From an uncultured Bdellovibrio sp. (GTDB taxonomy: Bacteria > Bdellovibrionota > Bdellovibrionia > Bdellovibrionales > Bdellovibrionaceae): 64,000 nucleotides of DNA. Where the stretch lies: the NCBI GenBank assembly GCA_966211795.1, contig CBIHNW010000025.1, forward strand, positions 3,787-67,786, given 5' to 3'. Of this stretch, positions 7,815 to 16,408 are shown in pieces. The translations under genes were made by a program, and so were the position numbers. The notes under the pieces were generated by a model. That model had not been told where the DNA came from, searched no databases, and saw nothing but the letters and a program-made list of their open reading frames with translations. Numbering within the stretch: the stretch's first letter is position 1; every line of letters begins with the position of its first letter.

Positions 7815-9212
7815 TTGGGACGCAACATTGAAATCACGGGAGAAACCCAGTATTCTGATAGAGATAAGGGGAAGAGTCTGAAGTTACAATTACGCAGCAA
7901 ACACAAAGTTTGGGTTCTCGTAGCCATTTCTACATTGGTCACCTCTTCGCTTTTCACCAACTGTTCAAATGGATTCAAAGTTGAAGACGGAACCGGAGCG
8001 ACAGTCGAGCTCGGATTGGGTTCTACCGACCCCGGCACTCCCACCACCACTCCTCCGGTGGCCCCACCTCTTCCAGATGTGCCTACGCTTCCAAAAAATC
8101 CAAGCCAGCCACCTCCAGCCCCAGCGCCTGAGCCGATCACCATGACCAATCAGCCAGCTTGGATGAAGGGTAAAAGTTTGAATGAGTGGATCGAAATTCC
8201 GAACACCAGCGGCGCTGGTGGCTCAACTTTCAAATCTTTTAGCGGATTGGCTTTGCGTGAAGCGACCAGCGAAATCGTCATCGGTGCTGCCGGCGGGCAC
8301 GGAGATGGCGCCGACAATCGAGTCGTTTCCCTGGTGCTCGCCACGGACCAACCGAAATGGATTCTCCATATTGGCCCCAGTCCCGTTCCGGTGTTCAATG
8401 TGCCTTACTATACAGACGGCACACCTGCGGCCCGGCACACTTATCAAAACACTTATTACATCGAGTCTCTGCACCGACTGTTCCTGTTCGGCGCCAATTA
8501 TGTCCCAGGAAATGCCGTGCAATATCCGAATGTCGATGCCTTCTCGTTCGAGACCAATCAGTGGGATCCGCCCAACACATGGGCGCCGATGCCGGATTAC
8601 AGTTTCGGCGCGGTGAAAGTTCCAGGAACCGATGATGTTTTTTCGTCCAACTTAACCAAATGGTCTGCGGCCGATGCCTTGGCGGCCTATAAAGCCGGAA
8701 ATCCGGGGACAACCAGCGTGTTCTCGACACCGATCAAAGTTCGAACGGACAGTCAGGTGCGATGGCCTCTGGCTTTCGATAAAAAAAGAAATCAGCTTTA
8801 TTCACTGCAATGGGGTGACGGACAAGGATATAGCGGTCCGGCCATCAGCTCTTCGCGCATTGATCTTGCGACCGGCGTGCAAACCAAAGTGAGCATCAAA
8901 CCAAGTGCGGCCTTTGATCAATTCGCGGCGGAACGTCCCGTTTACGCCTCGATGGATTATGATCCAGAAAATGATCGGTTTTTATTTTACAGCGGTCTTG
9001 ATGCAGCCCTCGGCCGAATTTACGTGATCAAGCCGACTTCGCTCAACGAGTATGAAATGAGCATCTTTGCAACCATCGCATCTTCAAAAATGCCACCAGC
9101 CACGCAGGGATCCGGCATGCAATCGAATTTTAAATATGTTCCGGGACTAAAGGGATTTGTTTTATTGGCAACACCTGATGCCAATTTATTCTTTTTAAAG
9201 ACCGCTCAATAA
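7815..9212 (+). CDS. lipoprotein, paralog A (Pro-rich linker plus a probable beta-propeller-like body)
   Basis: Lipobox-like LFTNC and a Pro-rich PPVAPPLPDVPTLPKNPSQPPPAPAPEP linker. By eye about two-thirds identical to the 14813-16162 product. The start is uncertain: TTG at 7815, or CTG at 7878 behind an AAGGGGAAG RBS. Confidence 0.75.
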   Translation: MGRNIEITGETQYSDRDKGKSLKLQLRSKHKVWVLVAISTLVTSSLFTNCSNGFKVEDGTGATVELGLGSTDPGTPTTTPPVAPPLPDVPTLPKNPSQPPPAPAPEPITMTNQPAWMKGKSLNEWIEIPNTSGAGGSTFKSFSGLALREATSEIVIGAAGGHGDGADNRVVSLVLATDQPKWILHIGPSPVPVFNVPYYTDGTPAARHTYQNTYYIESLHRLFLFGANYVPGNAVQYPNVDAFSFETNQWDPPNTWAPMPDYSFGAVKVPGTDDVFSSNLTKWSAADALAAYKAGNPGTTSVFSTPIKVRTDSQVRWPLAFDKKRNQLYSLQWGDGQGYSGPAISSSRIDLATGVQTKVSIKPSAAFDQFAAERPVYASMDYDPENDRFLFYSGLDAALGRIYVIKPTSLNEYEMSIFATIASSKMPPATQGSGMQSNFKYVPGLKGFVLLATPDANLFFLKTAQ

Positions 9213-9226
9213 AAAGGCGACGACTG

Positions 9227-11392
9227 ATGATGAAAATTTCGAAACCGTCGAAAACATTTCTTCCTCGCCTGTTCGCCCTCGGCGCTCTCTCGATCTTGAT
9301 GATCAGCTTCAACAATTGCTCAGGCTTTCAATCTCTCGAGCTTGGCGGATCCGAAGAAGCTTCATCCTCTTCGACTCCTACTGTCCGCGAACCAGGGACT
9401 CTTCCTGAAATTCATTTGATAAGCCCAGTCTCACAAAATGCCGCCCCCTTCATGGTGGGACAAGCTTTTCGCAAGGGCGATGTGCCGGCCGGAAAAGGTG
9501 TCGAAGTTTCCGGAGCCGAAGCTCAGGTCATTGCCAAAAACGTGTGGCCTGATGGGTCTTTAAAATTTGCGATCATTTCCGGAACCGCGACAGTGTCGGC
9601 CAATACCCCGACAGAAGTGCAATTGTTTCGCACGAGCACACCGACCCCTTTGGGCGCCGCGCTGACCACCCAAGATCTACATGCGAAAGGTCTCACGGCC
9701 CGCATCGATGCCGGAAGCTTCGGCTCGGCCGCTTGGGCGAACACGGATTGGGATCAGGCATTTCAAACGTGGGTTTCCGGACCCCATATGTCTTCCTTCA
9801 TTTACCGAAAACAAGTTGGCGGTGACCCACACCTGGTGGCGTGGCTCGAGGTGCGCATTTTCTCAAATGGTGCGATCGAAGTCTTTCCCTGGATCGAGAA
9901 TGGATACCTGCTGGTTGCGGGCCCCACGATCAAAAGTGCCACTTATACTTTCACTTTGAATGGCCAGGAAAAATTCAATCAAGCGGTCGATCTCGGTCAC
10001 CACACGCGAACGCCATTGATCAGTGGCACGGCCCTTTCTTATTGGGTCGATGCCGATCCGCAAGTGACACCTCTGGAAGACGTTCAATACCTGCAAACGA
10101 CAGAGCTGGTTCCCAGCTACCAGTCGGCGATCGATCCGGCCATCATCACCGGATTGCCAAGCACCTATACGCCTCTGCAAGCGGGAAGCTACGTTTATGA
10201 TAGCGACTCGATGCCAAGCTCGGGCTTTCAGCGCCCGATCGGACTGCTGCCGAATCACGAGGTTCTCTTTTTATTAGCCGCAAATTCACAGCAAGCTTAC
10301 GAGTCCGTGATTCGCAACGGTTTTAGTGCGGGCCGCTACCCGATTCATTACCGCGATGAAAAAACTCAGCGCCCTTTGCGAATTTCCGCTTACCCGAATC
10401 TGGTGATCAGCGACGGCTCAGGTTTTAAAGACAATGGTGCTTCGTCCAAAAGTCAGTACACGCCTGCTGTCGTCGCTACGACCGGCACAAGAACTTGGGA
10501 CACGGCTCATTCGCCATCCATCGGATATCTGGCTTACCTTGTGACTGGGCGTTGGTACTTCATGGAAGAAACACAGTTCGCGGCCACCACCAATTACATC
10601 GGCATCACCGATACGGATATCATGCGCCACGGAGCTTTGGGCATCATGCATCCTGTGGCTGGCGCATTCCAAACGCGCAGTGCGGCCTGGGCCATTCGCG
10701 CCTTGGCACAAACTTTATCGGCAACGCCGGACGACGATCAGCCTCTGCGGGACGAGTTCAAAGCGTCCTTCGAAGCCAATGTTGAATTTTATCACACTCG
10801 CTACATCGCAAAGCCCAACAATCCCTACGGCATGATCATGCCCGGCGAAAGCTATGGCAACGGCGGCACTTCGGTCCTCGCTGTTTGGCAGCAGGACTTT
10901 GTCACCGCCTCTTGGGGCTACGCTCTTTCGATGGGCCTGCCAGTTTCCACCGTCAGCGCAAAAAAGATGTCCGAGTTTTTCCAGTGGAAGGCTCGCAGTG
11001 CCGTCGGCCGCTTGGGAAACGCCAGCGATTTTTGGTACGTGAATGGGGCGCCCTACACTCTTTCCGTCTCACCAGTGGCCAATCCAGATTGGGTGAATGG
11101 CACAGGGCCTTGGCATCAAAGCTGGAAGGACGTCTACAACGCCACCTACACTCCGGCACCGGCTTGGATGAGCTCAACCGAAGGAACGCTTGGCGCTGAA
11201 TACACGATCGATTCGTGGGCAAGGTCCATGTGGGGCAATATTCAGCCCGCCATTGCCTATGCGGTTCGCTACCAAGTGCCGGGCGCGAAGGATGCTTATG
11301 ATCGCATGTCTCACGCGGCCAACTGGGCCGAGATGATCAGCTACATGAAAACGGCACCAGTCTGGAGCGTTGTGCCTGCCGCGAATCCGTAA
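9227..11392 (+). CDS. large secreted lipoprotein, unknown function (possibly glycan-active)
   Basis: Signal plus lipobox (ISFNNC) and a Ser-rich linker. It lies 14 nt downstream of paralog A, so is probably co-transcribed. The N-terminal segment with WPDGSLKF recalls the beta-sandwich N-domains of some polysaccharide lyases, which is a weak memory-based resemblance only. Confidence 0.7.
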   Translation: MMKISKPSKTFLPRLFALGALSILMISFNNCSGFQSLELGGSEEASSSSTPTVREPGTLPEIHLISPVSQNAAPFMVGQAFRKGDVPAGKGVEVSGAEAQVIAKNVWPDGSLKFAIISGTATVSANTPTEVQLFRTSTPTPLGAALTTQDLHAKGLTARIDAGSFGSAAWANTDWDQAFQTWVSGPHMSSFIYRKQVGGDPHLVAWLEVRIFSNGAIEVFPWIENGYLLVAGPTIKSATYTFTLNGQEKFNQAVDLGHHTRTPLISGTALSYWVDADPQVTPLEDVQYLQTTELVPSYQSAIDPAIITGLPSTYTPLQAGSYVYDSDSMPSSGFQRPIGLLPNHEVLFLLAANSQQAYESVIRNGFSAGRYPIHYRDEKTQRPLRISAYPNLVISDGSGFKDNGASSKSQYTPAVVATTGTRTWDTAHSPSIGYLAYLVTGRWYFMEETQFAATTNYIGITDTDIMRHGALGIMHPVAGAFQTRSAAWAIRALAQTLSATPDDDQPLRDEFKASFEANVEFYHTRYIAKPNNPYGMIMPGESYGNGGTSVLAVWQQDFVTASWGYALSMGLPVSTVSAKKMSEFFQWKARSAVGRLGNASDFWYVNGAPYTLSVSPVANPDWVNGTGPWHQSWKDVYNATYTPAPAWMSSTEGTLGAEYTIDSWARSMWGNIQPAIAYAVRYQVPGAKDAYDRMSHAANWAEMISYMKTAPVWSVVPAANP

Positions 11393-11403
11393 AGGACGTT
11401 TTC

Positions 11404-11847
11404 TTGAAGGCGAATCCACTTGCATTTTTCATTCATCCCATTCCGCTCTCAGCTGTCGCCCTGATGGCCATCAACGATCATTGGCTCAAATTTCATTTCC
11501 CGGGATTTCTCACCGGAAAGATCAGCGATTTTTGTGGGGTCTTTTATCTGCCGATTTTCCTCTTGGCCCTTTCTGTTGGCGCCGGTCTTCTTAGGTCGCG
11601 ATCTTTTCAGGAAACTGGTGGCCGGTTGAACTGGAGAAATCTTTGGATCGCCATTTTATGCACAGATTTTCTTTTGCTCTCGGTGAAGCTGAGCCCGCTG
11701 ATCGCAAGTAGTGTGGAACATTTTTTTCAAGAATTTCTGTTTCGCATTCAATTGAATTCAGACCCCACGGATCTCGTGGCGCTGGTGATGAATCCGCTGA
11801 CGATTTTGTACATGCAACGTTTTATTTCGCCATCAAAACGCATTTAG
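11404..11847 (+). CDS. small integral membrane protein
   Basis: TTG start 7 nt after an AAAGGA. About 4 hydrophobic helices. No family recognised. Confidence 0.5.
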   Translation: MKANPLAFFIHPIPLSAVALMAINDHWLKFHFPGFLTGKISDFCGVFYLPIFLLALSVGAGLLRSRSFQETGGRLNWRNLWIAILCTDFLLLSVKLSPLIASSVEHFFQEFLFRIQLNSDPTDLVALVMNPLTILYMQRFISPSKRI

Positions 11848-12249
11848 CACGGCATCAAGCTCAAAAGAGACTTTGCAAACTTCGACACCATCTTCACTGC
11901 AGGTGTAGACATTGAGCTTCGTCTGATCGTGATCGATCAAGGCGTGGCGGCAGGTGCGCATCTTTTCGCCGATCCAACCGGAAAGAACATCCTCGTCGCG
12001 AAAACTGAGCAAAGAGGACGGCAAGCCAAATTCAGATGCATGCCGATTCTGTGGGGAAACGATTTCTTTGTTTTGAATGGTGACCGTATCGTAAGGCAAT
12101 GCCCCAGGGCACGAAGAGGCCACGAGATACACCTCTTGAGTTTTCGCCGCTTGCAATGGATCTTGATCACTCTTCTTTGAAGTCGCGATGGTCACAACCG
12201 AAGTCGCCAGCATGCAAGCAATGGTGAAAAGAACTTTCAGTTTCTGCAT
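11833..12249 (-). CDS. secreted hypothetical protein
   Basis: Start moved to MQKLKVLFTIACMLATSVVTIATS (signal peptide). This ATG overlaps the upstream stop by 1 nt (TGATG at 12247-12251). Confidence 0.55.
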   Translation of the reverse strand: MQKLKVLFTIACMLATSVVTIATSKKSDQDPLQAAKTQEVYLVASSCPGALPYDTVTIQNKEIVSPQNRHASEFGLPSSLLSFRDEDVLSGWIGEKMRTCRHALIDHDQTKLNVYTCSEDGVEVCKVSFELDAVLNAF

Positions 12250-12977
12250 CAGGATCCCGCCGCCGGTTTGGCTGAAGATGTCGAAGCATTCTCTGGTACG
12301 TATTTTAAAAGCACCGAAGTCTTCTGTCCGAGCTGGGCCGGGATCGCGCAGTTCGGTGTTTGGCAAGATGGATAGGTTCCGTGCCAACCGACGGTACTCA
12401 GACCGATATCCATCGAAATTTCATTCGGTGCGTGCTCGCCCACAAGCCCAATCTGAATCGGAATTTCAGAGGCCATATTGCTCATCACCAAGCTCACGTC
12501 GATTGCCGGAATGATGGCAGCGCTTGACAATTCGTAATAGCAAATGACTTCTTTGGATGAAAAAAGACCGCTATCGGTATAGCGCACGTAACTGAGCCGA
12601 GGGATTTCGATCTCTTCCGCTTCGTCTTGACAGAGTTCGTACATGATTCCGTATTGGGAGATTTCTGTTTTGCTGGCAAAGTAGCCCGAATCGACCTGCA
12701 TGTCTTGCATCTTTGGGCTTTGGCATTCGGAAGCCGAGCCTTCAACCAAGCGATAATGACCACGAGATGTGACGATCAGTTTTCGCTCGCGCCCGCCGGA
12801 AGTGATGATTCGATTCGCCATTTTCATCGACAATTGAATCATGCCCGACGCAGCCACCGCATTCTTCGCCGCTGTTTCCTGCGCCGTGAAAGCCCGGTTT
12901 TCAGTCTTATCAGCCGCCTGCGTGGAGGTCGCCGCCACCAGGAGCAAACTTCCTAAAATAGACTTGATCATGGGCAT
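12249..12977 (-). CDS. secreted hypothetical protein
   Basis: Signal peptide MPMIKSILGSLLLVAATSTQA|AD. Translationally coupled to the downstream gene. Confidence 0.6.
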   Translation of the reverse strand: MPMIKSILGSLLLVAATSTQAADKTENRAFTAQETAAKNAVAASGMIQLSMKMANRIITSGGRERKLIVTSRGHYRLVEGSASECQSPKMQDMQVDSGYFASKTEISQYGIMYELCQDEAEEIEIPRLSYVRYTDSGLFSSKEVICYYELSSAAIIPAIDVSLVMSNMASEIPIQIGLVGEHAPNEISMDIGLSTVGWHGTYPSCQTPNCAIPAQLGQKTSVLLKYVPENASTSSAKPAAGS

Positions 12978-13159
12978 CTCCTTCTACTCACTTGGGAAGC
13001 GACGATCATGCCACCAGGGACGCAGTCAAAACGAAGTTGTCGCAATCTCAAGCCGCTCGCCGCATTTGAGCCGACTTCGGGCGAGCAGGTGTTGAAAAGT
13101 TTAACAGGGTGGAGGTGAGTTCGGGGGTTGGTTCGGGGTGATGTTTGGGGGTTTTGCTT

Positions 13160-13208
13160 GTGGATGGTGGTTTGTGGATGATGGTTTGTGGATGGTGGTT
13201 TGTGGGTG
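13160..13208. repeat. 14-bp G/T-rich tandem repeat (GTGGATGGTGGTTT, about 3.5 copies)
   Basis: Units read at 13160-13173, 13174-13187 (one mismatch) and 13188-13201, with a partial fourth copy. GTTCGGGG-type G-runs precede it. Confidence 0.8.
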
Positions 13209-13260
13209 AAGTTGATTCCTGAGTACGTTTGCTGGGTGGTTCGCCGGATTCACGACTGGC

Positions 13261-13400
13261 ATGAAGATCTGCGCTGCAATCTTTGAGCTCTGGACGAACA
13301 TCAAACCGTGCTCTTGAATCTTGAAGACTCCTGCGCGCATGAAGCTTTGCGCTGGAATTTTAGAATCCGCGATGCACATAAAGCTCTGCGGAATATTTCT
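13261..13400. repeat. degenerate tandem array of the TGAAGCTTTGCGC-type motif (copy 1, about 5 units)
   Basis: Motif hits at about 13262, 13283, 13322, 13340 and 13378, with spacing of 18-60 bp. The same motif family forms the array at 35461-35790. Confidence 0.7.
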
Positions 13401-13410
13401 GCTAATGGAA

Positions 13411-13658
13411 TATTTATTTGACAGCATTTTCGTTCGGAAGCGCTTGAGAGGATTTGTTTTTTTAGGCGTCTCTCCGATGCCTTTCATTCGCGAGCATTAG
13501 CTTTGTATAGCGATTACTGATTGTGATTCGAGACCGCCCATAAATTTTCAAATTCATTTGAGCAGCTAGCCCACGAGCGTGTTCGTTTTCGCTTTTAAAT
13601 CTCGTGATAAGGTCGCTTTGAATTTATGAGAATTATTTTTTTAAGAGGAGATTTGAAA
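13411..13658 (+). other. conserved non-coding leader of HNH module 1
   Basis: It shares ordered blocks with 35802-36045: TATTTATTTGACAGC, GATGCCYTTCATTCGC, TTGATTCGAGRCC, TAAATTTT, AGCAGC, CTCGTGATAAGGTC, AAGGAGAT. No conserved ORF on either strand. Confidence 0.55.
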
Positions 13659-14645
13659 ATGAAGATTGAAACAGATAAAAAATTGAGCAAGATTTTGAAT
13701 ATCAAAAATTTAAGCGATTCTTTGTTGCTTGAAAAAACGAACGGCCTGGTCAAAGAAGAACGCGAAGTGCTGACAAATCTTTTGCATCACTTCCGCGAGA
13801 TCGAGCGGCGTCGTCTTTTCTGCGATTATAAATATGAATCACTTCGCGAGATGCTCGTGAAGCATTTTGGATATTCGGATGATGAAGCCTACCGAAGAAT
13901 ATCTGCCATGTGGTTACTTAAAGACGTGCCAGAAGTGGAAGAGAAGATCACAAATGGCGAACTCTCGCTATCACACTTAAGCATGGCTCAGTCTTTCTTT
14001 CGAAAAGAAGCAAAGATCCATAAAGTTGAGATTTCGAAAGAAGATAAGCTTGGTCTTCTGGCAGAGATCAGCGAGCAAACAATCCGAGAAGCGCAGAGAA
14101 TTATGCTCGCCCAGTCTTCAGCTCCGGAGGAACTGCGGCCTGACAAAGTCACGATCATTAGCGAAGCAAAAATTGAATTCCGGTTCACCGCGAATCAATC
14201 CTTGGAATCCAAAATCTCGGAAGTCAAAGGCCTGCTCGCCCACAAGCATCCAAATCTATCGATGGGAGAACTGCTAGAAGTGCTTTGCGAAATATCCATC
14301 GAAGCTTTAAAAAAAGAGAAGACTTCGACATCAAAAACTGAAAAGATCGCGACGCCCAGGAGAAGCTGCGTCAGTGAAACTCAGATCAGCAGTCCTCACA
14401 GCGATGCGACGTCCGTGGTAAAACCAAAATCCCAAGCTCAAATCAACCGCGAAGTCTGGCAAGAAAGCCAGCATCAATGCAGCAACTGCGGATCAAAGCG
14501 CGGACTCGAAATCGATCACAGGCATCCCAAAGCTAAGGGCGGAGAAAACTGCAAAGACAATCTCCGCATCCTCTGCCGAAAATGCAATCAGCGTGCGGCT
14601 ATCAAAGAATACGGGCAACTCAAGATGGATCTCTACCTGAATTAG
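13659..14645 (+). CDS. HNH endonuclease (DUF222-like N-terminal domain plus C-terminal HNH/Zn-finger), copy 1
   Basis: The C-terminus CSNCGSKRGLEIDHRHPKAKGGENCKDNLRILCRKCNQRA contains CxxC...DH...N...CxxC. AAGAGGAG RBS before the ATG at 13659. Close paralog of 36046-37119. Confidence 0.85.
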   Translation: MKIETDKKLSKILNIKNLSDSLLLEKTNGLVKEEREVLTNLLHHFREIERRRLFCDYKYESLREMLVKHFGYSDDEAYRRISAMWLLKDVPEVEEKITNGELSLSHLSMAQSFFRKEAKIHKVEISKEDKLGLLAEISEQTIREAQRIMLAQSSAPEELRPDKVTIISEAKIEFRFTANQSLESKISEVKGLLAHKHPNLSMGELLEVLCEISIEALKKEKTSTSKTEKIATPRRSCVSETQISSPHSDATSVVKPKSQAQINREVWQESQHQCSNCGSKRGLEIDHRHPKAKGGENCKDNLRILCRKCNQRAAIKEYGQLKMDLYLN

Positions 14646-14812
14646 AAATCTCTTTCCACATCAGGCTCCGCGCGAAAGTCCGCAGGGGACCACCCAGTAT
14701 GGTGGTGCCCGTTGCGTGCGCTCTCTCCATGGATCTTAGAAAGCTGCTTCAGGCATCAAGCTTTGTGCGAAAGCAAGCGAAGGCATACAGCCCTCGCCTT
14801 CAGGCGGAGAAG

Positions 14813-16162
14813 TTATTGCGCTGTCTTGATGAAAAAGAGATTCGAGTCCCTGGTTGGCAGAAGGACGAAGCCTTTCAGGGCTGGCACGTATTTAAAGTTT
14901 GAGTTGAGGCCGGCGCCCATCGTTGGTGGTGGCTTCACTGATGAAGCGGTGGTTTGCAGCAAGCTCATGTCCCACTCGGTGCTGGTTGAAGAGGGCTTGA
15001 TCGCGTACACTCTTCCCGCCGCGTCGCCAAGGCCGCTGTAAAAAAGGAAGCGATCATTCACGATGTCATAGTCCATCGCCGCGTAAACAGGAACCTCGGC
15101 GACAAACATACTGTAAGCGCTGCTGGGCTTGATCGTGATATCGGTTTGCACGCCCGAGGCGAGTTCGATCTTTGAGGCGAAGACGTTGGGAGCGTTGTAA
15201 CCCTGACCATCCCCATACTGCAAAGTGAAGATTTGATTGCGGGCCTTATCATAAGCCATCGGGAACCGGATCGCGGCATTGGTTCGCGTCTGAATCGGAT
15301 GAGACCAAACGCTGGTGGAAGATGGAGTACCGGCTTGATACATGGCCTTGGCCTGCGCCGCCGACCACTTGCTCAAGCCATTCGAATAAACATCATCGCT
15401 TCCCGGAATCTTGACGGAGCCGAACTCGCCAAGCACAGGCATCGGTGCCCAGGTGTCTGGTGGATCCCACTGATTGGTCTTAAACGAAAAGGCATCAACG
15501 GAAGTGAAAGAATAAGCATTTCCATAGGTGTAGCGAGCCCCGAATAAAAACAGCCGATCCAACGATTCGATATAGTACGTGTTTTGATACGAATGCCGGG
15601 CCGATGGAGTTCCATCTTGGTAATGTGAAACATTGAGATCCGCAAAAGGGCTCGGCGCTATGTGCAAGACCCACTTGGGCTGATCAGCGGCGAGCACCAA
15701 AGACACAACCCGATTGTCAGCCGAGTCCCCGTGTCCCCCGGCCGCACCGATCACGATTTCACTGGTCGCTTCTCGCATCGCCAGGCCGCTAAAAGCCTGA
15801 ATAGCGGCCCCACCCGCGCCGCCCGTGTTCGGGATTTCGATCCACTCGTTCAAACTTTTACCGGACATCCAAGCCGGTTGATTGGTCATCACAATCGGCT
15901 GGACCGGCGCCGGAGCTGGTTGGCTGGGAGTCGAGGGATTGGTGGTGGTGGTCGGAGCCGGTGAAATCGGCGAAGTCGAAGTCGAATCGCCCGAACCCGC
16001 GTCAGGAGTGCTCGATGCCAAGCTTTCAGTCGAAGTTTGCAGTTCGTTCGTGATAAAGCCCTGGGTGCAGTTATTGAAAGCCAGGATGCAAATGAGAAAT
16101 GAACCTGTCAGTACGAGCATTCTTCGCAAGCGTCGCTGGCGAACTGAATTCAGTTTGAACAT
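14813..16162 (-). CDS. lipoprotein, paralog B of 7815-9212
   Basis: Lipobox LAFNNC and a Pro/Thr-rich linker. Long colinear identity with paralog A, for example MTNQPAWM.GKSLNEWIEIPNT.GAGG and SEIVIGAAGGHGD.ADNRVVSLVLA.DQPKW. Confidence 0.75.
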   Translation of the reverse strand: MFKLNSVRQRRLRRMLVLTGSFLICILAFNNCTQGFITNELQTSTESLASSTPDAGSGDSTSTSPISPAPTTTTNPSTPSQPAPAPVQPIVMTNQPAWMSGKSLNEWIEIPNTGGAGGAAIQAFSGLAMREATSEIVIGAAGGHGDSADNRVVSLVLAADQPKWVLHIAPSPFADLNVSHYQDGTPSARHSYQNTYYIESLDRLFLFGARYTYGNAYSFTSVDAFSFKTNQWDPPDTWAPMPVLGEFGSVKIPGSDDVYSNGLSKWSAAQAKAMYQAGTPSSTSVWSHPIQTRTNAAIRFPMAYDKARNQIFTLQYGDGQGYNAPNVFASKIELASGVQTDITIKPSSAYSMFVAEVPVYAAMDYDIVNDRFLFYSGLGDAAGRVYAIKPSSTSTEWDMSLLQTTASSVKPPPTMGAGLNSNFKYVPALKGFVLLPTRDSNLFFIKTAQ

Positions 16163-16408
16163 TTTGGCATCCCCTTACCGAACTTTCATTGTACCCGAAG
16201 CATCAAAAAGAGCCAATCTCGCTGTCATCTCGAGATCATTTCGAGACATCCGCACGGATTCAGCAACGAAAATTCTAAACGGGCTTCATTGCCCACGGAA
16301 TTCAGTTCGGACTTCAGTCTGGCAGAGAGCCGTCTCATTTTGAGAAAGCTTTGCAAGCCACCAATCATCACCACTCTTCATTCGCAAGTGTTGCCACTGC
16401 ACCAGAAC

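Noticed and set aside
7815-7877. A confident start-codon assignment for paralog A
   Set aside because: There is no in-frame ATG or GTG near the signal peptide. The choice is between TTG at 7815 (no RBS seen) and CTG at 7878 (good RBS but a rare start codon). I kept the ORF-track start and flagged the uncertainty.
13261-13400. Mini-ORFs starting ATGAAGCTTTGC (MKLC...) in each repeat unit
   Set aside because: They have no RBS, different lengths and frames, and no conservation of any peptide between the two modules.
13101-13487. 128-aa minus-strand ORF with a Pro/Asn/His-rich low-complexity tail
   Set aside because: It is read straight through the G/T-rich tandem repeat and the TGAAGCTTTGCGC array. 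Its composition is repeat-derived. The equivalent region of module 2 is broken by stops, so it is not conserved as coding sequence.
13411-14645. IscB/HEARO (omega-RNA plus RuvC-HNH nuclease) type element
   Set aside because: The protein has an HNH motif only at its extreme C-terminus, with a helical DUF222-like N-domain. I found no RuvC-like D/E/H/D segments and no PLMP-type N-terminus.
14646-14812. Hairpin GGGGACCACCC...GGTGGTGCCC between the HNH-1 gene and paralog B, considered as a bidirectional terminator
   Set aside because: The stem is imperfect (a register shift or bulge) and has no flanking T- or A-tracts, which is too weak to call.
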